A DNA stretch of 62,046 nt, filler included, from Actinomycetota bacterium (GCA_009886115.1; 4 parts of 4 records of this genome joined end to end with filler, not necessarily neighbours in it), one strand, 5' to 3'. Positions 49,111 to 58,659 are shown, numbered from the whole stretch's first letter. The notes: generated by a model from the letters alone, not told the origin. Made by a program: numbers and translations.

Positions 49111-49905
49111 TCATCGGGTTTCGTCCTGGCTGACGATCACGTCGGAAGCGGTCGATGCCGCGGTGGCGACCCCGGCCGCCTGACCCTTCTTGCGCCCTGC
49201 CCGGTAGCTGCTCAGCATCGAGCGCACCTCCTCAGGCGTTCGGGGTCGTCCGGCAGAGGGCGCGCCGGCCGAGCGGGGGCCGGTCCCGGCGGGCGCTCCG
49301 CCCGATGCTCCCGAGCTGGGAGCGCGGCGTTGGGGCAGAGCGTCGACGGTGGCCGGTTCGGGCGCGGCGGGACGGTCGCCCCGCGGCGCAGTCCCCGTGC
49401 CGCGAGATCTCGTGACGGCGGGCGCCGGTCTCGGGGCCGGCGCCTCGCTGCGACCCCCGCTACCCCTGCTCCCCTTGGTACCACTGGTATCACTGGTATC
49501 ACTGGCATCGGGGGCATCGGAGGTGTCGCCGGCATGGGGAGTTGATCGTCGCTGCGGCAGCCCGGGCGCGGGAATCACCGGGCTGGCGAGCCCCGTCAGG
49601 CTGACCGGGCGGGGACGTGGGCCTGAGCCCGAGGTCCGAGGCCGGGCCGAGTCGTTCGGGGGGGCCGACCCGACCTCGGGATTCGACGCCGGTTCGGGCC
49701 CCTGCTGGGCGGCACCCGCGGCGCCTGCGGCACCCGCGGCGCGGCGCCGGGGAAGGGAGTCGTCGGGGTTCGGGGCGCGACGCAGCGCCGTGGGTTCGGC
49801 GGGGGGAGCCGTTCTCGGCGGCGACGATCCGGCCAGGGCCTCGATGACCTGGCGGAGCTTGTCGGGTGAAGGCACCGCGGTCGGCGTGGGCGCGGTGGGG
49901 CGGGC
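49111..49905 (-). CDS. C-terminal part of CvnA-like sensor, 5' truncated by contig end
   Basis: Repeated LP(Q/R)RR in a P/A-rich tail and R.PEEVR..LSSY..G terminus, directly upstream of roadblock gene. Confidence 0.7.
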   Translation of the reverse strand, partial: ARPTAPTPTAVPSPDKLRQVIEALAGSSPPRTAPPAEPTALRRAPNPDDSLPRRRAAGAAGAAGAAQQGPEPASNPEVGSAPPNDSARPRTSGSGPRPRPVSLTGLASPVIPAPGLPQRRSTPHAGDTSDAPDASDTSDTSGTKGSRGSGGRSEAPAPRPAPAVTRSRGTGTAPRGDRPAAPEPATVDALPQRRAPSSGASGGAPAGTGPRSAGAPSAGRPRTPEEVRSMLSSYRAGRKKGQAAGVATAASTASDVIVSQDETR

Positions 49906-50005
49906 NNNNNNNNNNNNNNNNNNNNNNNNNNNNNNNNNNNNNNNNNNNNTTAATTAATTAANNNNNNNNNNNNNNNNNNNNNNNNNNNNNNNNNNNNNNN
50001 NNNNN
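49906..50005. other. Artificial contig linker
   Basis: 44 N + TTAATTAATTAA + 44 N. Confidence 0.99.
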
Positions 50006-50262
50006 GTGCATCCCACCGTCGTGAAGGCTCTCTCCACAATGGGAATCGCGGTCTCCGGCCCCGAGACGGACGAGCACAGCAGCGTGCCGATCCGGTGCTC
50101 GAGCGCTTGCTAGCCCTGCGTTCCGCACATGTTGGCGTGTCGGCTTGATCGGGAGGATTCTTGGCGGGTTTTGCTGACGTTCCGCTCCTGTCGGGCGACG
50201 TTGTGGTCCCGGTGAGCGCTGGTCAGGACTTTGGGCTTCCCCCGTTTTCGTTGACACTCAGC

Positions 50263-51150
50263 TCATGCCACCTTTGTGCCCAACAGATATTGGCGATCAT
50301 ACTCGAAAGGAGTAGAATAGTCAAGTGTTGAATGGAGTCTTTCTCGATTGTAGAATACTTCGATATACTCGAAGATCGCCTGGCGAAGCTGATCGTGTGA
50401 TTCCCACTCTTGGGTATAGACCAGTTCGAGTTTCAAGGTCGAGAAGAAGCTCTCAGCGACCGCGTTGTCCCAACAGTTCCCGACCCGACTCATCGACTGC
50501 CGCATCTCGAGCGCCTTCAACCGGGCCCGGTATTCATAGGACGTGTACTGGCAGCCCCGGTCGGAATGATGGAGAAGCCCCGGTCCTGGCTGGCGGCGCC
50601 CGACCGCATCGTCGAGCGCCGCGAGGCACAGTTCGGTCCGGAGATGATCAGCGACCGACCATCCGACGACCATCCGGGTACAACAATCGATGATCGCTGC
50701 GAGGAACAAGAATCCTTCCCCGGTACGCAGATAGGTCACGTCGGTCACCCACTTCTGGTCCGGGAGCTCGGCGGTGAAGTCCCGGTTCAGAAGGTTCGGT
50801 GACGCCGCCGCATCCGGGTCCGCGACCGTGGTCCGCGGGTTCCGGGTCCGTCCTGGCCGGCCTACCAACCCGTTCACGGCCATCAGGTGGGCGACTCGCT
50901 TCTCGGTGACCGTCACCCCCTCCTGCTGCAACAGGCGGTAGACGCGCGGTGAACCGTACGCGCCGCGGCCAGCGGCGTAGGCCTGCTTGATCTGTTCGAC
51001 CAGTTCAGCCTCGGCGTGTTCACGGATCGATGGTCCGGCTTCGCGCCGTCGGAGCCATTGGTAGAAGCCCTGCCGGGAGACGTTCAACGTCTTGCACAAC
51101 ACGACGACCGGGTAGCTGGCCTTCTCCGCAGCGATGAACCCGAAGATCAA
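50263..51150 (-). CDS. IS3 OrfB DDE transposase
   Basis: WVTDVTY, HHSDRGCQY, DNAVAESFF..LK. Confidence 0.95.
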   Translation of the reverse strand: MIFGFIAAEKASYPVVVLCKTLNVSRQGFYQWLRRREAGPSIREHAEAELVEQIKQAYAAGRGAYGSPRVYRLLQQEGVTVTEKRVAHLMAVNGLVGRPGRTRNPRTTVADPDAAASPNLLNRDFTAELPDQKWVTDVTYLRTGEGFLFLAAIIDCCTRMVVGWSVADHLRTELCLAALDDAVGRRQPGPGLLHHSDRGCQYTSYEYRARLKALEMRQSMSRVGNCWDNAVAESFFSTLKLELVYTQEWESHDQLRQAIFEYIEVFYNRERLHSTLDYSTPFEYDRQYLLGTKVA

Positions 51151-51440
51151 CGTCGGGACTCGTTCGCGAAGAAGGCCGTCGCTTTTTTTAGGATCTCGAC
51201 CTGCATCTGCAACTCGCGGTTCTCCGCGCGCAGACGCCGGTTCTCTTCACGCTCAACAGGGGTCATAGGACCCGGCTTACCAGACGCCGATCCCCGCGCC
51301 GTGGATACCCAGTTCCCCAACGTCGACTCACCGACCCCTAACTCTCTCGCCGCGGCCGAAACCGACTTCCCCTGCTCAACCACATACGCCACCGCACGCT
51401 CCCGGAACTCCACCGAAAACGCCCGCTTCTGACGCGCCAT
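51147..51440 (-). CDS. IS3 OrfA, fused to OrfB by -1 frameshift
   Basis: HTH (FS.EFR..AV, AARELGV), EILKKATAFF; A7G slippery site at 51189-51182. Confidence 0.92.
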   Translation of the reverse strand: MARQKRAFSVEFRERAVAYVVEQGKSVSAAARELGVGESTLGNWVSTARGSASGKPGPMTPVEREENRRLRAENRELQMQVEILKKATAFFANESRR

Positions 51441-51511
51441 ACACCACCACTCCCCTCCAGGAGCGAGCATCCTCGCCCCCAACCAGGAGTGTCAACCGAA
51501 ACTGGGGAGGT

Positions 51512-51877
51512 TCACTTCGCGTTGATGTTGGAGTTCGGGCTGGCGGCCTGGCGGAGGAGGATCTCGCGTACGGCTGCTGAGATCTTCTCCATGTCGCTGA
51601 CGATCTGTTCGAGGTGTCGCCGGTTTGCGATCCATTGCCGGTAAAGGTCGGCTTCGGGTTCGGTGAGCCGACGGCTCTGGGTTTTGCCGGCCACGGCGCG
51701 GCTCCATTGGTGGTAGGGGCCGTGGCGTCGGGGTGGGTCGGCTTGGCAACGGCAGCCTTGTTTGCCGCAGGACGTCTCGCGGACCACGAGGCTGCCGGGA
51801 CTGATGAAGCCGACGTCGGTGAGCTTGGCGGTCAGTGCCCGGTAGCGGCGTTCGTAGGTTTCTAGTCGGCTGGCCAC
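51512..51877 (-). CDS. DUF6788-like Cys/His protein
   Basis: GSL.....CGK.GCRC.....HGPY motif; current stop codon supplied by the IS3 end. Confidence 0.75.
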   Translation of the reverse strand: MASRLETYERRYRALTAKLTDVGFISPGSLVVRETSCGKQGCRCQADPPRRHGPYHQWSRAVAGKTQSRRLTEPEADLYRQWIANRRHLEQIVSDMEKISAAVREILLRQAASPNSNINAK

Positions 51878-52237
51878 GATGTGTCCTCGCTGGGGGTCCA
51901 CGGTTGATGATCTGTCAGCATCTATGCTGACCGATAGTGGGAGTCACGTCAAGGAGGCTGCTGATGTCCGCACCGGAACCTTCGAACTACGCCGCGAAAC
52001 CGTCGGGTCGTGGCCGATCGTCAACCAGTTCGTGGCCGGATGCGGTCGGCACCGGCCGCGGTCATCGACCGACTCGACGTCGACGCCCCGCCACCTACAT
52101 CAGCCCAACAACCGGAGATATCCAATGACCACCCCGCGGGAAGAGAAGAGCCACCAGCAGGAACGTCAGTTGCAGCAGTCGCGTCGGAGCGTCGCGGAAG
52201 TCCTGGTCCGGTGAGGAAGCGTCCGGTTCTCGGTCCC

Positions 52238-53827
52238 ATGGTGGTCGAACGAGACCGCGTGTTGGGGTCGTTGCCGGTGATCGCCGATTTCTGTGAACGG
52301 CTCGACATCCGCGGGATCGTCGATCGGTTGTGTCCGGTCCGTGACCTCGCGATCGTGACCCACGGCCAGGTGATCGAAGCGTTGATCGCGAACCGGTTGA
52401 CGTCACCCCAGCCGTTGCTACACGTCGAGGACTGGGCCCGGGAGTGGGCCGTGCCCGAGGTGTTCGGGATCGACCCGGGCGTGCTCAACGACGACCGGAT
52501 CGGACGGGGGCTCGACGCGATCGCGCCGGCGTTGGCGCAGATCATCGGGTCGGTCGGGCTGCAGGCGATCGAACGGTTCGGGATCGACGTGTCCCGGATC
52601 CACTGGGACATGACATCGATCTCGCTGTTCGGTGACTACGACCAGCTCGACGAGGGGTCCGCGGCGCCGTCGTATGGACACCCGAAGGACCGCCGGGTCG
52701 ACTTGAAACAGATCCAGACCGGGCTCGGGGTGACCAGCGACGGTGGGATCCCGATCTTCCACCGGGCATTCGACGGCCGCGCCGGGGAAGTCAACCAGGT
52801 CGTCGGGGCGATGGAATCGTTGCGTTCGATGTGCGGGCCGCGCCGGTTCCTGCTCGTCGGCGACTCGAAACTGATCTCATTCGGGAACGTCACATCGATG
52901 ACCGCGGCAGGCGTGACCTTCATCGCCCCCGCGTCGAAGGTCTACGTCGACGCCGACGGGTTGCGAGCGGCCAAAACGATGACGTGCACCGCCGTCGACT
53001 ACATCGCCGACCGGGACCGGGCCAAGCCAGCCGACGCCCGGGGCCGTTACCGGGTTGCCGAAGACACCTGGGCGATGTCGCCGCCCAAGGCACACAAGGG
53101 CGAACCGATCGAGTTGCGCCGCGTGTTCGTGTGGTCCTCCGCCGACGCCGTCGCCGCCGCGACATCGCGGGCCAAGAAACTCGACCGTGCCCGGACCGAC
53201 CTCGACTCGCTCACCCGTGGCCTCGGCGGCCGCTACTACGCGACCGCAGCCAAGGTCGAAGCCCGGCTCACCGTGATCACCAACAAACGCCGCGTCGGCG
53301 ACTACCTCCGATCGACAGTCGGCGTCGACGCCGACGAACGGCCCACCCTCGACTGGCACTTCGACCAGGCCGCCCTCGACCACGAAGCCGCCACCGACGG
53401 CTGGTACTGCTTGCTCACCAACCTCGACCCGACCGACGCCGACGCCGGCGAGGTCCTCACCCGCTACAAGGGCCAAGAAGTCGTCGAACGCCGCTACGGG
53501 AACTTCAAAGGCCCGCTCGCGGTAGCCCCGATCTTCTTGCAGAACAACCGGCGGATCGAAGCGCTCCTGTCGGTCATCTGCCTTGCCCTGCTGATCTTCT
53601 GCCTCATAGAACGCAACGTCCGCCGCGCTCTCGAACCCGACCAGAAGATGACCGGGTTCCCCGGACGACCCACCGCACGACCCACCGGCCGGCTCATCTT
53701 CGCCGCGCTCGCGGAACTCCGACTCATCCCCGCCACCGCGAACGCGCCACCGATCGTGCCCGCACCCACCGGAATCCAGGCACGCCTCCTCGAGCTCCTC
53801 GCAGTCGACCCCACCACGACCCGCTGA
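52238..53827 (+). CDS. IS1634-family DDE transposase
   Basis: LNDDRIGR.LD, HWDMTS, GHPKDRR.DLKQ, VGDSK, Y..Q..VERRY..FK; true start uncertain. Confidence 0.9.
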   Translation: MVVERDRVLGSLPVIADFCERLDIRGIVDRLCPVRDLAIVTHGQVIEALIANRLTSPQPLLHVEDWAREWAVPEVFGIDPGVLNDDRIGRGLDAIAPALAQIIGSVGLQAIERFGIDVSRIHWDMTSISLFGDYDQLDEGSAAPSYGHPKDRRVDLKQIQTGLGVTSDGGIPIFHRAFDGRAGEVNQVVGAMESLRSMCGPRRFLLVGDSKLISFGNVTSMTAAGVTFIAPASKVYVDADGLRAAKTMTCTAVDYIADRDRAKPADARGRYRVAEDTWAMSPPKAHKGEPIELRRVFVWSSADAVAAATSRAKKLDRARTDLDSLTRGLGGRYYATAAKVEARLTVITNKRRVGDYLRSTVGVDADERPTLDWHFDQAALDHEAATDGWYCLLTNLDPTDADAGEVLTRYKGQEVVERRYGNFKGPLAVAPIFLQNNRRIEALLSVICLALLIFCLIERNVRRALEPDQKMTGFPGRPTARPTGRLIFAALAELRLIPATANAPPIVPAPTGIQARLLELLAVDPTTTR

Positions 53828-53895
53828 CCCGAAACGAGCCATGACCATGAACCTCGACCGCCGCTCATGTGCGGAAAGCCCGGCTAGCGTTAGCG

Positions 53896-54333
53896 TTAGC
53901 GTTCGGCGTCATCCGAGGCAGCGGGGTTCACCCGAGGGGCAGGGTCATCCGAGGGCACAGGGTCAGCGGAGGGCACAGGGTCAGCGGAGGGCACGACGGA
54001 GATCTGGGTGTCGAGGCCGCTGATGGCGAGGATCCGCGCGGCAAACGACCCGTCGGGGGCGACGAGGCGCAGCGAGAGCGCCCGGTCGGCGCAGGCTCGG
54101 GACACGTTCTCGATCGATCGCAAGGCCGCACTGTCGAGGTAGGTGGTGGGCGACAGGTCGATGACGAACATCGCCGGGCCATCCCCCGTGGGCAGCTCAT
54201 GGACGGCGCCGAGCAACACCGACTCGACGTGCTGGACATTCGACAGATCGACCTCGCCGACGACCCGTGCGGTGACGCACGCGCCGAGGTCGTGCGGTTG
54301 CCTAACCTCGACCCTCGCCAACGGCTCGTCCAT
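53896..54333 (-). CDS. STAS anti-sigma-factor antagonist (RsbV-like)
   Basis: GEVDLSN, DLS..TYLDS, ILAISGL; 18-bp repeats at 53951-53994 in the tail. Confidence 0.88.
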   Translation of the reverse strand: MDEPLARVEVRQPHDLGACVTARVVGEVDLSNVQHVESVLLGAVHELPTGDGPAMFVIDLSPTTYLDSAALRSIENVSRACADRALSLRLVAPDGSFAARILAISGLDTQISVVPSADPVPSADPVPSDDPAPRVNPAASDDAER

Positions 54334-54434
54334 CGTAGGACATCCTAGCGGGGCCGGTCGTCATCCGCCGTGCACGTCGGCCGACGTCTGCGCCCCGGCG
54401 GTTTGGGCCTCGCCTCGCCCCAACTGGGTCGCGG

Positions 54435-57400
54435 CTACCTGTCGGCCGACGCCACCAGCGCCGGGTTGGGGCGTTGGAAGTGCTTGCGAATCGTGACGGT
54501 GGTGCCCCGCTCGTCGTGGTGCACGTCGAGGGCATCGGTGAGTTCGCGCATGATCGTGAGGCCCCGCCCCCGACGCGGGTCGTGACGTGGCGTCCGCCAG
54601 CGACCATCGTCACGCACCGTGACCGTGACGGTCGACGAGCTCGCCGCCCAGGCCAGCTCGACGCTCACGACGCCGGGGCGGTCGGCGGCGCCGTGTTCGA
54701 CGGCGTTGGTGGCCGCCTCCCCCACCACCACGAGAAGATCGTCCACGTCCCGTCTCGACAGACTGAGCTGCTCAAGCGTGCCGCGCAGCCTGGCGCGCGC
54801 CTCTGCCAGGGAGGACGGCACTGCCGGGAGCTGCAACAAATCGACGACCTCGCCGCGACAGGGTGCCAGCGACGCACACACCACGGCCACGTCGTCTCGC
54901 TGGATCCCGCCTTCGACCAGCATCTCGTTCAGCAACTGCTCGCACGGATCGTGACCGCTCGCAAGCTCGATCGTGGTGATCACTGATCGGAGGAGCTCGG
55001 CCCGCTCGACGAGGTTGGTTCCCCGCAGCTCCACCAACCCGTCGGTGTAGGCCACGAGCAACGCCCCGTCCGGGACGGCCAGCGTGGCTTCCGGTCGCCG
55101 ATGACCGTGACGCGGCCCGAGCGGCATGTCGGTCGCCCGGTCGAGCTCGATCAACTCGCCCGAGGCCAACCGCACCAGGGGATAGGGATGACCGGCGAGC
55201 GAGTAGCGCAACGTGCCGTCCACCTCATCGTGCACCAGGCAGGCGACGGTGGCCATCCAGGTGTCGTCGCCGCGACCAACGAGGCCGTCGAGGCGGCCCA
55301 GCAGGGCGGCGGGACCGGCGTCGATGCCGATCGCGCGCGCCGCGCCCCGAAGCTGGCTCATGGCGATGGCCGCCGACACCCCGTGGCCGACGACATCGCC
55401 GATGACGAACACGGTCCGGTGACCGCCTGCCGGCCACACGTCGTACCAGTCGCCACCCACGCCAGCCGTTTGGTGGGCCGGGCGGTACTGCGCCCACCGC
55501 GGAGCCAGCATGGATGTCAGGACCTCGGGGATGAGGCTGCGCTGGATCCCGACGACCAGGTCGTGCTCGACGTCGTAGCGGCGGGTCCGGGCCAGCGCCT
55601 GTCCACAGAGCGCGGCCAGTGCGCGGAGGGTCGAGACCAGCTCGGTGTCGAGCTCGGTGAGCTCGACGAACGACACGGCCAGGGTGCCGTTCACGAATCC
55701 GCCGATCTCGACGGGAAACGCCGCGAAGGCGCCATGATCGGGTGGTCGGAGGGCCAGCGTGGGGTCCCCGGGACAGCGGCGGGCGAGCTCCTCGGGAGAG
55801 TCGGCCAGGATGGGCGTCCCGGTACGTACGACGGCCGCGAACGGCGACGGGTCGTGCACGCTGATGATCTCGCCGGGTGCCGGCCAGCCCGGCGACGACA
55901 ACACGGTCAGGGCGTCGGGATTCTCGAGGTCACGAACGACGAGGGCAGCCAGACCCCGCACTGCCGATGCGACATCGCCGGCGACCACGTCGGCCACGTC
56001 GGCCGAGGTCTCGGCCCCCGCTAGGCGCGACGCCACCTGGGCGAGCTGCTCGGCCCGGGCCCGGCGGCGGCGCTCGCTCTCGAGCCCAGCGATGCGCTCG
56101 GTCACGTCGTAGCGCAGACCCACCACCCGGAGAACCCCGTCATCGGTGATGGTGGCGGCGTCCTGGTGGATCCACCGCTCTCCCAGCGCAGGATGGTCGT
56201 AGCGGTACTCGATGCTCACGGCCTCGCCGGTGAGCTGCGGCTCTCGCGCGTCGACGAACGCGTCCGCGTCCTCGGGGTGGATCCGCCGGGTCAGCTCGGC
56301 GAGGAACTCCGGCTCCGCGCGATCGATGCCGAACAGGTCGTAGGTCTCGAGCGACCACCACGATTCGTCGGTGACGGGATCACGGGTCCAGTGCCCGATC
56401 CCGGCCGCTTGCTGGGCCAGCTGAAGCTGGCGTGTGCGCGTGGCCAGCTCGCGTTGACGGTTCTCGGCCTGGGCGCGCAGTGTCTGCTCCTGATCGTGGA
56501 GATGCGCCCGCTCGATGGCCAGCGCCCCGTGTGCAGCCAGGGCTTCGAGGAACCGCTGGTCGCCTTCGGTGAACGTCTGGTCGGTCGCGAAGCTGAGCAC
56601 CAGCAGCCCGAACGGCCGCCCCGTCGCGGTGGGCATCGGGAGGGCTGCCACGGCGCTGCGCTGCGACTCCTGGTTGGCTGCCAGGTGGGGATAGGCCTGC
56701 ACCATCGCCTCCCGGTCGTGGAGGTACACAGCTCGGCCGCTGCGCACGGCGTCGGTCGCCGGGATGACCGTGCTCATCGGCACGCGGCTCATCGGCACGC
56801 GGCTCATGGCCACGCCGCTCGTGGGGCTCCGCTCGACGGGTGGAGTCGACTGCGGATCCAGGTCGGGCAGCTGTTCGAACGCCTCCATGACCAGCTCGCC
56901 GGTGGCCCCATCGATCAGGCCGACACCCGCATGCATCGCTCCCGACGCCTCGAGCCCCAGCTTCGCGACAACGCCTGCGATCTCCGCGGTCGAGACCAGC
57001 GGGCCCAGCTCGGTGGCGAGACGCTCCAGCGACTGCGCCCGTCGACGGGCGTAGCGCTCCGAACGGAGCAGGGCCTCCCGTGTCGTCTGGTGCCGCTCGA
57101 GACCTCGGGCGATCAAGCCGGCGCAGACGATCGCGACCAGGCCGAGGACGCCGACGATCACCAGTTGCTGCTGCAGGTTTCTGCGGAACGGCCCGTAGGC
57201 GCCCGCACGGGATTCGTCGATGAACACGGTCCATCCGGCGTCCTCGATGCGGGCGTAGGTCACGAGGTGATCGTCACCACCACGAACGCCGGCGCTCGAG
57301 GCGAGCACCCCGCTGGGCGCGGAAGCCCGGGCGAGAACGGTCGCGTCAGCGGCGGTCAGTTCCTCCACGACAGCACCCTCGTCGAAGATCACATGCCCGT

Positions 57401-58133
57401 GCCGGTCGGTGACGACCAGGTCGGGGAGCGCCAGCGCCGAGGCCAGGCGGTTGGCCATCTCGGCGAGCGGGATCGCTCGCACCACCATTCCCGAGAACGC
57501 CCCGGAGCCGTCGAGCGTGGGGTAGACCAGAGCCGACACAGGGCCGCGAGCGAGGCCTTCGGCGGTCACCTCCACGTGCGACTGTCGGCTCGACAGACCG
57601 ACCTGCAACACTTCTGCCAAGGCCACCTCGGGTGGGCCGAGGCCGAGATCGAGCGTCCCGGGAACGCGAAGTGCCCCGTCGGCGTCGATCCAGGCCAGCC
57701 CGGCGCCACCCGCCCCTGCGCCCACGGAGCCGGGGCTGACGGAATCGGCGTTCGCAGCGAGGGCTCCCCCCGACGACGCCCGCTCGAAGTACTCCTGCAT
57801 GACCTCGGTGTCGCCGGCGACCACGGCGGGAGCCAGGGAGATGGCCTGGAGGTACGCGAGCTCGCTGCGCACGAACTGCTGCAGGCTGCCCGCGGCCGCC
57901 ACCGCCTCGTTCAGAGCGGCGCGGCGAACCTCGGCCCGCTCGTCGCGGTACGCGCGCCAGGCCACGAGGGCGTCGAGCATCCAGAACAGGGCCACGATGG
58001 CGACGACCGTCGCCAAGGCACGTCGGCCCGGCCCGAAGCGCAAGGATCGCACACGGTTGCGGGGCCCCGCTCCGTCGAGGATGGATTCATCGGGCGAGAT
58101 CGAGTCGGATCGTGCGCTCATAGGTGGTTGCAT
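54435..58133 (-). CDS. Membrane sensor phosphatase: TM-Cache-TM-GAF-PAS-GAF-SpoIIE(PP2C)-HATPase
   Basis: GVGGDWYD, GDVVGHG, AGHP, YTDGLVE, DD.A; EAATNAVEH, RDDG.W, GRGL; start uncertain. Confidence 0.9.
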   Translation of the reverse strand: MQPPMSARSDSISPDESILDGAGPRNRVRSLRFGPGRRALATVVAIVALFWMLDALVAWRAYRDERAEVRRAALNEAVAAAGSLQQFVRSELAYLQAISLAPAVVAGDTEVMQEYFERASSGGALAANADSVSPGSVGAGAGGAGLAWIDADGALRVPGTLDLGLGPPEVALAEVLQVGLSSRQSHVEVTAEGLARGPVSALVYPTLDGSGAFSGMVVRAIPLAEMANRLASALALPDLVVTDRHGHVIFDEGAVVEELTAADATVLARASAPSGVLASSAGVRGGDDHLVTYARIEDAGWTVFIDESRAGAYGPFRRNLQQQLVIVGVLGLVAIVCAGLIARGLERHQTTREALLRSERYARRRAQSLERLATELGPLVSTAEIAGVVAKLGLEASGAMHAGVGLIDGATGELVMEAFEQLPDLDPQSTPPVERSPTSGVAMSRVPMSRVPMSTVIPATDAVRSGRAVYLHDREAMVQAYPHLAANQESQRSAVAALPMPTATGRPFGLLVLSFATDQTFTEGDQRFLEALAAHGALAIERAHLHDQEQTLRAQAENRQRELATRTRQLQLAQQAAGIGHWTRDPVTDESWWSLETYDLFGIDRAEPEFLAELTRRIHPEDADAFVDAREPQLTGEAVSIEYRYDHPALGERWIHQDAATITDDGVLRVVGLRYDVTERIAGLESERRRRARAEQLAQVASRLAGAETSADVADVVAGDVASAVRGLAALVVRDLENPDALTVLSSPGWPAPGEIISVHDPSPFAAVVRTGTPILADSPEELARRCPGDPTLALRPPDHGAFAAFPVEIGGFVNGTLAVSFVELTELDTELVSTLRALAALCGQALARTRRYDVEHDLVVGIQRSLIPEVLTSMLAPRWAQYRPAHQTAGVGGDWYDVWPAGGHRTVFVIGDVVGHGVSAAIAMSQLRGAARAIGIDAGPAALLGRLDGLVGRGDDTWMATVACLVHDEVDGTLRYSLAGHPYPLVRLASGELIELDRATDMPLGPRHGHRRPEATLAVPDGALLVAYTDGLVELRGTNLVERAELLRSVITTIELASGHDPCEQLLNEMLVEGGIQRDDVAVVCASLAPCRGEVVDLLQLPAVPSSLAEARARLRGTLEQLSLSRRDVDDLLVVVGEAATNAVEHGAADRPGVVSVELAWAASSSTVTVTVRDDGRWRTPRHDPRRGRGLTIMRELTDALDVHHDERGTTVTIRKHFQRPNPALVASADR

Positions 58134-58175
58134 ATTCTCACCGAAACTCACTCATGTGAGGCTGCCGCCCGAAAC

Positions 58176-58237
58176 ATGTGAAACCTCGGCAGTCACCTGC
58201 CGAGGTTTCACATCGCGAGGTTCGAGGTTTCACATCG
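58176..58237. repeat. 17-bp perfect inverted repeat plus a third direct half-copy
   Basis: ATGTGAAACCTCGGCAG-TCAC-CTGCCGAGGTTTCACAT; CGAGGTTTCACATCG recurs at 58223-58237. Confidence 0.8.
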
Positions 58238-58302
58238 TGCGTGGATCCCACCCGGGGAGGGTTGGATCGGTCGCGAGCGCTACCGAAGCAGGCGGCTGCG
58301 AC

Positions 58303-58581
58303 TCAGGCGCGGATGTGCCTACGGCCGTTGGCGGCACGGTACACCAAGAGGGCGAGGATGGCACCGACGACGGAGCCGATCACGCCTGATGCCTGGAGGG
58401 CACCTTCGTCGAAGTCGTTCCCGAAGATCGCCCAGCCGATGAAGCCGCCGACGAAAGAACCGACGATCCCAAGGACGATCGTGCCCATGACGCTCATCGA
58501 GTCGTTGCCGGGAACGATCGCTCGGGCCAAGAAGCCGGCGATGAGACCAATGATGATCAGATAGAGAATGAAACCGAGCAT
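58303..58581 (-). CDS. GlsB/YeaQ/YmgE family stress membrane protein
   Basis: IIIGLIAG.LAR..PG, TIVLGIVGS.VGG, SVVGAI. Confidence 0.92.
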   Translation of the reverse strand: MLGFILYLIIIGLIAGFLARAIVPGNDSMSVMGTIVLGIVGSFVGGFIGWAIFGNDFDEGALQASGVIGSVVGAILALLVYRAANGRRHIRA

Positions 58582-58633
58582 GTCCACACCTCACCTACAT
58601 ATAAGCGGCGCCCGATGCGCCGTCCATGACCGT

Positions 58634-58659
58634 ATACCCGTCAAGTGTCAGCTCAAAAC
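58634..58659 (-). promoter_or_regulatory. SigB/SigF-type promoter
   Basis: GTTT-N16-GGGTAT upstream of the glsB-like gene. Confidence 0.7.

Larger units (their letters stand above)
50232..51514 (-). mobile_element. IS3-family insertion sequence
   Basis: TG...CA ends, 28-bp IRs (22/28 match), CTT 3-bp TSD (50229-50231, 51515-51517). Confidence 0.93.
50114..53883 (+). mobile_element. IS1634-family element carrying DUF6788, with nested IS3
   Basis: 17-bp terminal IRs CCCTGCGTTCCGCACAT / ATGTGCGGAAAGCCCGG (14/17 match), flanked on both sides by CTAG (50110-50113, 53884-53887). Confidence 0.8.

Noticed and set aside
56771..56807. In-frame micro-duplications (MSRVP x2; also near 29471, 45160, 49480, 53951)
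   Set aside because: Ordinary slippage repeats in linkers; unit lengths are multiples of three, so not phase-variation switches
58171..58213. parS site
   Set aside because: Only half-site similarity (GTTTCAC); the contiguous GTTTCACGTGAAAC palindrome is absent
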